DNA from: Rhynchopus sp. YZ270_cl-10
Taxonomy: Eukaryota
Assembly (NCBI GenBank): GCA_964035575.1
Contig: OZ037833.1
Location: 2,790,001-2,854,000 of the forward strand
Direction of reading: 5' to 3'
Length of the DNA stretch: 64,000 bases
Position 1 is the first letter of the stretch. Every line of letters begins with the position of its first letter. A model generated the notes under the pieces. It searched no databases and had not been told where the DNA came from. It worked only from the letters and a program-made list of their open reading frames with translations. Below are positions 22,637 through 32,868 of this stretch, piece by piece. The translations under genes and the position numbers were made by a program.

Positions 22637-23649
22637 AAAAAGCCCAATGCACAATGCACGCGTGGATTGCCTTCCAATGCAGCGCACCTACTAGAAGGTG
22701 CACAGTCTTGTTGCCTACTTGCCACTACTCTCAAAAGCGTTTATACTTTTTGTTCATATTTTCTTTGTGTTTGAAGCTTTTTTTTTGGGGTGTTTCAGCG
22801 CATTTCATTTGTGTTGACAAAAAACAATGTTTCTTTGTGTCCAATGCATCTCCGTTAGAGAGATCCTGATGCAAATCAAGTGAAGCAAAAAAAAAAAAAA
22901 AAAAAAAAAAAAATAAGTGAAAAATGAAAATAAGGAAAACAACGCAGAAGCAAAAATGCGTTGTAAAAAAAAATTTGTCGGGAAACGAGAGTGCAAGATT
23001 ATTTTGATAAAAAAAGTGCGTGTGGTCTGGTTTTGTGGTTGCTTTGTTGGTGCGTACCGTATTTTTCAAAGAAAGTGAACGATGTATTTTTTTTTTTGTG
23101 TGGACAGAAAATGCAATTTTTAGAATCCATTTGAGATATGGCATTTTTTGATGTGCATAAGAGACACATTCATCTTTCAAGGTTTCTCTCGTTTTTTTTT
23201 TTTTTATGGTGTGTGCCTCTTGCGTTATTAGTTTACAATTCAAAAGAAAAAATATGACAAAAAAAAATACAAAAAAATACAAAAAAAAATACAAAAAAAG
23301 CATATCTCATCGAGGAACTGACAATGTAACTGACATAGGATTCAGGAACGTCAGGGTAGGGGCGGGAAAAAAACCCCCCGAAACGTTTTTTGTGCGGAGC
23401 AGAATGGGTTGAGGGGAAAGAAGGCTTCGGAGAAGCCGTGTGTGTGTATGAAAATTGCAAACAGTGATGACAAAAAAAAACGGATACCTTTTTTTACTCC
23501 CGTGTATGATTTGTGTCCCTCATATGGGTGTCCTGGGGGTGCCACACTAACACCCACGTTCACATGCTTTCACACCATTTCACCTCATTACCCCCCATTA
23601 CACCCATCATAAACGCAATACACCCAACAGACAGGCTTTGGTGTGTCAA

Positions 23650-26600
23650 ATGAGCGAGGATGAGAGAGACGTGGTGGATCCAGTAGAGGACACTGAAAGC
23701 AATGGTGCGCAAGATGACCTGAAGGCCGAGGAGCAATCGGCAGAAGAGCAAACAGGCGAAGATATTGAAAAAGATGGGGAAGGAGCGAGTGTGGCTGAGG
23801 AAGAAGCTGCCGCCGCTAAGGCCGAAGAAGCGAGACTTGAGGCTGAGGCTGAGGAAGCTGCCGCAGCACAGAAGGCTGAGGAAGAGAGACTTGAGGCTGA
23901 GGCTGCCGCTAAGGCTGAGGAAGAAGCTGCTGCCGCAGCACAGAAAGCCGAAGAAGAAGCCGCCGCAGCAAAGGCTGAGGAGGAGAGACTTGAGGCTGAG
24001 GCCGCTGCCAAGGCTGCTGAGGAGGAGGCAGCTGCTGCAAAGGCTGAGGAAGAGAGACTTGAAGCTGAGGCTGCTGCCGCCAAGGCCGCTGAGGAGGAGG
24101 CAGCTGCCGCAGCACAGAAGGCTGAAGAAGAAGCCGCCGCAGCAAAGGCCGCTGAGGAGGCAGCTGCCGCACAGAAGGCCGAGGAAGAAGCTGCTGCCGC
24201 TAAGGCCGCTGAGGAGGAGGCAGCTGCCGCAGCGCAGAAAGCTGAAGAAGAAGCTGCCGCTGCCAAGGCTGCTGAAGAAGCTGCACAAAAGGCTGAGGAA
24301 GAAGCTGCTGCCGCAGCACAGAAAGCCGAAGAAGAAGCCGCCGCAGCAAAGGCTGAGGAGGAGAGACTTGAGGCTGAGGCCGCTGCCAAGGCCGCTGAGG
24401 AGGAGGCAGCTGCCGCAGCACAGAAGGCTGAAGAAGAAGCCGCCGCAGCAAAGGCCGCTGAGGAGGCAGCTGCCGCACAGAAGGCCGAGGAAGAAGCTGC
24501 TGCCGCTAAGGCCGCTGAGGAGGAGGCAGCTGCCGCAGCGCAGAAAGCTGAAGAAGAAGCTGCCGCTGCCAAGGCTGCTGAAGAAGCTGCACAAAAGGCT
24601 GAGCAAGAAGCTGCCGAAGCTAAGGCCGCTGAGGAAGCTGCCGCAGCACAGAAAGCAGAGGAAGAAGCTGCCGCAAAGGCTGAGGAAGAGAGACTTGAGG
24701 CTGAGGCTGCCGCTAAGGCTGAGGAAGAAGCTGCTGCCGCTAAGGCCGCTGAGGAGGCAGCTGCCGCAGCAAAGGCTGAAGAGGAGGCAGCTGCTGCAAA
24801 GGCCGAGGAAGAAGCCGCCGCAGCAAAGGCTGAGGAGGAGAGACTTGAGGCTGAGGCCGCTGCCAAGGCTGCTGAGGAAGCTGCCGCAGCACAGAAAGCC
24901 GAGGAAGAAGCTGCCGCTGCCAAGGCCGCTGAAGAGGAGGCTGCTGCACAGAAGGCTGCAGAAGCAGCTGCTGAGGAGAAGGCCGAGCAAGAGGCAGCTG
25001 AAGCGGCACATCGTGAAGCCGCAGCAGCGGAGGTGCGCAAGGCGGAGGAGATCCAGAAGGCAGCACAGGCTGCGGCTGCGGCGGTGGCGCCTACCCATGC
25101 TGGCAACACGCAGGCGGGCGACCCTTTTCTGCAGCTGCTGAGCCCACCTGCGGATGTGCAGATTCCTCTGGAGAATGGGCGGACGACATTTGGCTCTGGC
25201 AACAACGCTGTGCACCATGCACGGCTATGTGGCGAAGGTGTGGAGGCGACGCACTGCAGCATTGAGGTCAACAGGGGCGAGCTGAGCCTGCGCCTGGGTA
25301 CGAAAACAGCAGAGCTCTATGTGAACGGGACAAGGATGGACCCTTCTGTGAATGCCAACGGCGTGCTGCTGTCCTCGGGCGACAGACTCATCTTCGGCAG
25401 CAGCGACACGCTCGTGTACGGCGTGGAGAACCCCATCGACGACGACGCCAGCCTGCCAGAGGACGAGGCGCTGCCCTCGCAGCCGAAGCCCTCCTTCGAA
25501 GGTGCCATTGCAGAGCGCAACGCAAAGCGCAGTGTGCAGTCGCCCTCAAACGACAACTCCGTCAACAGCATGCACCGCACGCCGTCCTACCCCTCGGGTG
25601 TGCCCCTCCAGAACACAGCAGACCGTGTCGGTGTCTCCAAACTCATGGGTGCCACAAACCTCTCCTCCACAGCAGGCTCCGCGTCACCCAAGAGCCGTTT
25701 TGCAGACCCTGTCTCCAACCAGATGAAACAGGTCGACGTCGGCCTCTTCACCTCCACACGCAAACAGGTCGCCCGTGTGCCTCCGCAGCTCTTGCGTAAG
25801 TACAAGGTGATCCTCATCGGACACGAGGAGGTAGGAAAGACCAGTCTCAAGAAGTGCTGGCAAAGCGACCCCCGCTTCTTCAAGAAGCTGCCTGAGGTGA
25901 TGTGCACGACAGGTATTGAGGTGCAGGACCACAACCTGCGCTATGAGGGGCACGGGGCGGGCAAGAAGAGCGACGACGACCTGACTCTTTCGGTGCTGGA
26001 CTTTGCCGGGCAGGAGGTGTACCACTCGCACAGCTTGTTCCTGTCGCGTCGGACGGTCTTCTGCTTTGTGTGGAACATGGCGGACACGGACGACGGTGAG
26101 ATGTCTGAGGTGGAAGACCGACGCATGATGGGGTGGTTGGACGAGGTCTACTCGAAGGCACCTGGCTCCTCCGCCATCCTCGTCGGCACACACAAGGACG
26201 AGCTGCCCAACCAGAACCTGACGTACGTGAACGACGTCCTCCGCAAGGTGCGTGCTCGCTTCGAAACCTACATCGAAAGCATCCGCATGAACGACGACCC
26301 ATCCATGACCATCACAGTCGCAGGCTCCTACGGCGTCTCCTGCAAGACCCGCCAGGCATGGGGTGGCGGCTTCCAGACTGACAAGGGTGCCAAGATGAGC
26401 GAGCTGCTGCGTGCCATAGGTCAGGTTGCCTTCAACAACTGCCTTGCCGACAGACAGTTCCCCTCAGGTGCGGTCCCAGGGCGACACGTCCAGTTCCTTA
26501 AGGAGCTTGAGCGCATCAAGACAGAGCGCAAAAAGCTGCTCCTCTCAATCCAAGAGTACGCCCAGCTCGCAGCAGACTTCGGCATCGAAGTAGCGAACGA

Positions 26601-28028
26601 GCTGAGCGACTGCACCATGCTCTTCCACTGCTGGAACGTCATCTACGTCTTCACGCAGAGCAAGCGACTGCTGGACAACCAGTACATCTTCCTGCACCCG
26701 CTGTGGCTCTCGCACATGGTGTCCGCGCTCTTCTCGTTTGCACACCTGATGTACACACCGCCCCCTGTGAGGAAGTACATTGGCGGGCTAGACTTTGCAC
26801 CGCATGTTGCTTTGAAGGCGGACGCAGGCGAGCTGCGCTCAGGGAAGCTGTCTATGGACCTCCTCCGTGTGGTGCTGTCCAAGTCGATCAAGCAGATCCG
26901 CAACGAGCGCCAGGAGCACCCGCTGAACCACGGCGACCTGGAGATGTGTGTGCAGCTCCTGGTGTCGATGGACCTCATCTTCAAGCAGGGGCCGACCACG
27001 TTCTATGTGCCCTCGCTGTTCCCGTACTCGATACCTGCGCAGCTGAAGGAGACTGCGCCGTACATGTTCCAGAAGGGTGTGTCACGCATGTACCTCTTCA
27101 ACATCTTCCCGAAGGAGTTCTACTACAGACTCGTGTGCAGGCTGCACCACCTGCTTGTGCCCTTGTCGGTGCAGGTCGGCGCCAACATGGCACCTGACTT
27201 TGGTGAGGACGCACAGTACCTGCCACCTGACTACGCATATGAGCTGCGCAACTACTGGAAGGACGGTGCGTGGTTCGGTGCTGAGGGTGTGCGTGCGCTC
27301 ATGTACCAGGAGGACACAATGATCTATGCACACTTCATCAGCACCCCCACCGCGGGGAAAGACCCGCTCAGCGACTGCCAGTACGACGAGACGCTGCAGG
27401 AGTTTGCGAGGTACTTCCACACCACGATCAAAACACTCTCCCAGGAGTACGACGGGTTGTCCATGTCGTCCTGCCAGCCCTGCCTTGAGGTATGCACTTT
27501 CTTCTTTTGACATTTCACCAACACAACACCACACAGCCGGAGTGCGAAAACTGGTTCGACACTGCAGTGCTCGAGGACATGGCAGCCAAGGACGGGATGA
27601 TGCAGTGCAAACACTGCTCCGAGCAGCGCCTTGCGTCTACAGTATGTACTACCCAACGATACATGACCACAACACAACACACCCTACAGCTATTGCATGG
27701 GTGCGGAACGGACGTCTCGCCAAGCGAGTACTGGGAGGAGCTGTGGCCCAGTCTGAACGCCACGGTCGGGCAAGAATGTGCTTCAGCACTCCTCGTGCGC
27801 ATGGGATGCGTGCTTGATGAGTCTGACATACAAGACGCGGGAGAACGGTTCCTCGAAGCGAACGACGTCAGATGCGCAGACCTACTCGACAAATACGCTA
27901 AGGTATGCTTCCTGCTGCATCCGTTCAACGTTTACACATTCAACTTCACATTTTTACCCATCCCCCCACAAACATTCATCCCAACACAGACTGTCATGTA
28001 CACTGACTACAACAAGCAGTCTTATTGA
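23650..28028 (+). CDS. Roco-family GTPase: EAK repeats - FHA-like - Roc - COR - Cys cluster; 4 exons
   Basis: G1 GHEEVGKTS, G2 TTGIE, G3 DFAGQ, G4 THKD, G5 VSCKT. COR motifs IFLHPLWL, YVPSLFP, FPKEFYYRL, YWKDG. Introns 27490..27536, 27642..27689 and 27903..27989, all GTATG..CAG; the last two are in-frame. Confidence 0.88.
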
Positions 28029-28829
28029 TGTGGATACCCACTCCCGCCCACTTCTCTCAACAGAAGGAATCAGATAGGACCCCTTTTTCTCTCTCTTTCG
28101 CACACAGCCCTACTGTGCTGTGAACAAGAAGAAAGCCCCCTCATCTTGCCTATTCTTTCCTTGAAGCAGAACCTCCTTGTGCCTTGCGGAGGTGTACAAC
28201 ACGCGTTAGGTGATTATTTTTTCATCCAACGAAAATACAAAAAACAAAAACAAACAAACAAAGAATGCATTTGTGGACGCACATAGACCCTACCGTAGAC
28301 GGCTACCGTAGAAAAACGCCAAAAAAAAAAGTTGCAAAAAAAAAAAAACAATACCCTCCCTTATGATGAAACTGAGCAAACGGGCCAATAGATGGGGCAG
28401 AGAAGGGAGTAGGGGTTTTTTTTGTTATTGTTGGGAAGACAGAAGAGAAGAGAAAAGACCTGACCCCCCCAAAAAAAGCCATCTCCAAAAAATTGTTTAC
28501 CCTCCCTCTTCCCACCACAACCCACCTGCACCACAGCCTTTTTTTTATATCATCGTTGCCTACTTTGCATTTACACAAGAAACATCCTTTTTTTCTCTTC
28601 TTTCCCTTTTCTCCCTTTAGGTTAACCAAATTTAAGCTGGACTCGCACTTTTGACTATTATTGTTTTCTTCTCGACTATCAAATTTCCATTAAGGTGCCT
28701 AAACACCGAGAGAATTCGGTTTCATTATTAACTTTTTCTTTTCTTTTACCCTCTCCCCCTCCTCCTCCTCCCCTCCCCCTCCCCTTCCCTCCCCTTTCGG
28801 GTGTTTTAAACACATCCCACTGAAGAACC

Positions 28830-30008
28830 ATGGCACGAACGGTAAAGAACATTGCCATATCACAGAGGCTCTCTGGAGTAGGCGCGATGGACGCTGTGGA
28901 GGTTGTCATCAGCACCTCGCGTGGTCAGCATAGTTGCACCATGCAATGCACCGAGGACAGCATCTCTACAAACACCGACCTCTCCTGGGCCCATGGCATG
29001 AACGTCACAAAGCAAAGCGACTTTGACGCAAAGCTGAACACACCTTTTGCGCTACTCACTTCCATCGCGTTTGCGAGAGCCGGCGCCAATTTTGAACGGA
29101 TCTCTGAATACGCATATTTTAAAGCGAAATTGGAGGCAACAGGCTTGATAAATCGGACACGAATTAGCGTTCTTCCACTCCCGGTCTTTACGATATTTTC
29201 CGGAGGCGTTGATGGGGGTAATACATCCCCTATTCGGGGGGTCGCCATATGCCCTTTGGGAGCAGCCACTTTTGCGGAGGCAGCGCGAATGGCGTCAGAA
29301 ATCTTTCACATTGCAAAACACATTGTTCAAACCGAACAAGGCTTCGACGCAGGCAACGTCTCCATTCATGGCGGCCTCTGCAGCCCCTCAGCCTCTATAG
29401 ACTATCCCCTTGACGTCACCCACCGCGCAATCATCCAAGCCAAAGCAGAAGGCCGCGCCGAGCTTTGGATTGACATAGGCGCAGAGGACCTCTACAAGGC
29501 AAATGGACATTACGAACTTTCTGAAAAATCTATTGTTTCCACAGAGGTCACCCCTACGCAACTGCTTGGCCTTTATAGGTCGTGGTGCGAGAGGTACCCT
29601 ATATGGGCCTTCGAAGACCCTTTCTATGCGGAGCCTGGCTCCAGCGAAGAGGACCGTAACGCATGGAAGGAGACAGCCTCGCTGGTGAAGTTGTTAGCAA
29701 CCGCGAGGTATAAGAGGGTGCCGTGCTGTGGGTGTCCTATTGTGGGGTTGGATGCATCACATACGTTAGCAGGCTTTGCAGAGCACAGAGCAGAGCTACG
29801 TGGTATCGGCACCCTCGCGATACGCAGCGACACCACAGTGGACCCCAAAGAAGCCACCCTCGCAGCAGTGGCGGGTGTAGAGATCATTCGCTGTGGTGCA
29901 ATAGGTCTGGGGCAGACCTCTGCAAAGGTAAACGAACTGATACGGATCGAAGAGGAACTGGCTCCAGTTGGGAAGGCCGCCTACGGGAAGAAGCATGTCT
30001 TTGAATAA
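28830..30008 (+). CDS. Enolase-like protein, probably catalytically inactive
   Basis: LPLPVFTIFSGG, TFAEAARMASEIFH, FEDPF and KVNELIRIEEEL align with enolase, but key catalytic residues are replaced or deleted. Confidence 0.8.
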   Translation: MARTVKNIAISQRLSGVGAMDAVEVVISTSRGQHSCTMQCTEDSISTNTDLSWAHGMNVTKQSDFDAKLNTPFALLTSIAFARAGANFERISEYAYFKAKLEATGLINRTRISVLPLPVFTIFSGGVDGGNTSPIRGVAICPLGAATFAEAARMASEIFHIAKHIVQTEQGFDAGNVSIHGGLCSPSASIDYPLDVTHRAIIQAKAEGRAELWIDIGAEDLYKANGHYELSEKSIVSTEVTPTQLLGLYRSWCERYPIWAFEDPFYAEPGSSEEDRNAWKETASLVKLLATARYKRVPCCGCPIVGLDASHTLAGFAEHRAELRGIGTLAIRSDTTVDPKEATLAAVAGVEIIRCGAIGLGQTSAKVNELIRIEEELAPVGKAAYGKKHVFE

Positions 30009-30328
30009 AAGCCTTTAGAAAAAGGGGGGTGAGATGTTGGGTGAGAATCTGCCTTTGGTGGGTGGATTGGTGCAAATAAAGGGGGTTGAGGATGATCGTC
30101 TATGCCTTCTGAGGTATAAAGGCTTCACAGAGTGAGAAGAAGGTCTTTATACCAGTAGATGGTAAGGTGATTGTCGATAACAAAAGAAACAGCTATCCCT
30201 TCCTAACCTGCTTTTTGAGTGTATAAACCTCGGGTTGTCGATAAAAAAAATCAAAAAAGGTTCTCATTTGTCTTCATAATTCACTAATTCATCCTCATCC
30301 TCCACCAGGTTATTATTACCGATCCTAA

Positions 30329-31570
30329 ATGAATGCACCCGCCCAGCCGTTTTATTACAGAAAACTGTTCAACATCCCTCCGGTGGTTCCGATCAGCCAG
30401 CTGCGCGACGCTGTGCAGCTTCAGGGTGCTGACATTGCGGTGGGCGGGGTCCACTTCTTTGGACAGAATGGGAACATTAACATTGTGATCAAGGTGGCAC
30501 GCATCCGACGGCGTGTTGAGGAGGAGCTGTGTGCACAGATCATGGCGCTGGTGGTGCCGAAGGTGGCGGTGTATGGGGGCAGGGTGACGCCGCTGTCGTG
30601 GCGCGACCCGAAGTGGACGAAGGAGGTGGTGGGTGTGCAGAACGCGAAGAGCGCTGTGGTGATGGTAGCGGTGCTTGCGGTGAGTGGCGAGCAGGTGTCA
30701 CGACGCAGCTTCTGCGAGCTGGCCAAGCATATGGTGCGCACAACACTCTCTGCAGTGAAGTGTTCCGTCAAGCGCATTGCCCTCATCGACTGCGACACAC
30801 GAGACGCACGCACCTGCCTCATCGAACTCAGCAGCCACGACGCTGCCACACAGTTCATCGACACAAACGTCTTCGACGCCCACATGGTCGTCCTCGACCA
30901 CGCGACCTACTCCCTCTACACCACCGGCAAGGAAAAGAAGCAAAAGGTCTACAGCAAAGCGCACCCCCTCGGCTACACTCTCGGCGCAGAAGTTGTCGTT
31001 ATGGACGAAGCCCAGACCGACCCAAACAAGAAGGTCCCACAAAAGGCCAAATCCGCTTCAAACCCCGACAATCACCCAAAATTTACCCCAAATAAGCCCA
31101 AAACGCCAATGGGGGTTGTTGAGGTGAACTCTGCAAACCGTCAGGCAGAATTTACCCCAAATATGGGCAGGCGGCATACGGCCACACCTTATGTAAGCAG
31201 TCCAGCAGGCCACTCGAATGACAGTCAACCAGCAGAACATACGCCAAATATGGGCAGATCTAGGAGTGGCGGAGATGTGCATGTTGTTCGGAGAGAGGGT
31301 GCCTCTGGTGCATCTGTTGCATCTGTGGCATCTGGTGCATCAGGTGCATCTACGTCTAGCTCCCCTAGGACCCCTGTTGCATTGGGGGAGAGAGGGAGTT
31401 TAGGGGATGTGGATGACGTGGCGGTGTCACCAGAAAGCGACTTCGTGCCCAAAGAGCTTTTTGTGCCCAAGGTTGTGGCAACAGACTTCGTGCGGTGGAA
31501 ATATAACCCCTACGACAGCAACCCACGCGAGTACGTTCCGATGGGGAAAAGTAGTACGGGGAGTGGGTAA
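30329..31570 (+). CDS. Hypothetical protein; possibly degenerate RRM-like N-half and disordered C-half
   Basis: 413-aa ATG ORF with coding-like composition, flanked by AT-rich DNA. No firm family motif. Confidence 0.65.
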   Translation: MNAPAQPFYYRKLFNIPPVVPISQLRDAVQLQGADIAVGGVHFFGQNGNINIVIKVARIRRRVEEELCAQIMALVVPKVAVYGGRVTPLSWRDPKWTKEVVGVQNAKSAVVMVAVLAVSGEQVSRRSFCELAKHMVRTTLSAVKCSVKRIALIDCDTRDARTCLIELSSHDAATQFIDTNVFDAHMVVLDHATYSLYTTGKEKKQKVYSKAHPLGYTLGAEVVVMDEAQTDPNKKVPQKAKSASNPDNHPKFTPNKPKTPMGVVEVNSANRQAEFTPNMGRRHTATPYVSSPAGHSNDSQPAEHTPNMGRSRSGGDVHVVRREGASGASVASVASGASGASTSSSPRTPVALGERGSLGDVDDVAVSPESDFVPKELFVPKVVATDFVRWKYNPYDSNPREYVPMGKSSTGSG

Positions 31571-32868
31571 AAGAGGGGGAAAAACCCCGCGTATTTGTCT
31601 CTAGATGGGTACCCAAAAGAAGGGTTCCCCGATTGTATTTTTATTGCATTTTTTTTTTTTTTTGTTTTTTTTTTGCGGTACGTTCAGCCAACGTGCCTGG
31701 CACCTGGCTGACCCGATCGTTGGAATATTTTTTTCTTTAAAGATGACTAAGCAATGCGAGGCTTGTTCATCCTATTTCTTATTTGTGTTATCGCGTTCCT
31801 TCCTTTTCCGAACCCGATGTATTTGTCTTTCCTCCTATTACCAATTCTATTTTTAGAATTGGAGATTTTTTTATTTTGTGCCTCCAATCCCGTACAGTTG
31901 GCATATTGTGCTGTTTCTCTCCAGTTTCAATGCATGTGCGCAGTGAAGTTCATCTTTTTAGTTTTTTTTTTGTCACAGTCAAGAAGAATGCTGTTTCGAA
32001 AATTAAAAAAGAAAATTTAACACAACGATAGTGTAGACTGTCTGATTGGCAGCCAAAAACCGAACTGATTTTTAAAAAAAAACACTCTACAAACACCTTT
32101 CACGCGCGAGCATTTGGGAAAATAGTGAAATAAGTGAAATCGTATGAAAGTTGCTCTGTAGGGTTGAGGACGACCTACGTCTATACCTTCCGTAGTACAA
32201 AGGCTTCGGCCAACTTTGAGTACAGAACTTTGTTCAGTTTTTTTGGAGCGAAGTGATTATTGACACAAAAAACTGAAAGAACGCTGTGAAGTGGTATCTC
32301 TGACCCGCTTCTCGTGTTAAGAGCTAACCCCCAGGTAGTGACCACATGGTGAGCGATGTTTCTCTAAAGTAAAGCACCTTTGTTGCGGTCCAGTAGAAAC
32401 CATTCGCTTATTTGATAACTCCTTCATGGTGCCCAGTCCAGGGTGCCCACGGCAAAAAAAATTGCGGAAGGTCCCATGCAGGTTATCAATTGACGGATTG
32501 GGTGACTTTTTTGGCCGTCTTCATATTGCACCAGAGAGCATAACGGGGCAATAAACGGTCCTCCATCCATTTCGCTTAAACCGCGAAATGGATGGAGGAT
32601 CGGACCACAGGTGCCCCGGTCATGTACCACGAGAAGGTTTTGTATTTCAAGTCAATTTTTTTTTGTGCGAATCTTTGCTTCCGCAAAACATTGTATTTGC
32701 CGGAAAAAAAATGCCGCTTTTTTTTTTTTTTTGTACACTAATTTAGTCTAAATCATACCCCTTTGCTGTGCAGTGGAAGCCTATACAATACTGGTGTTAC
32801 CGAACAACTGTCGGGGACATGTCAAGGACATGTCAATATAGGCCCCCTCCGGAACACCAAATACACAT

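Noticed and set aside
20713..25271. Long antisense and alternative-frame ORFs (poly-Ala/Ser, poly-Arg/Leu)
   Set aside because: Shadows of the stop-poor GCT/GAG/AAG repeat; the EAK frame continues into unique domains.
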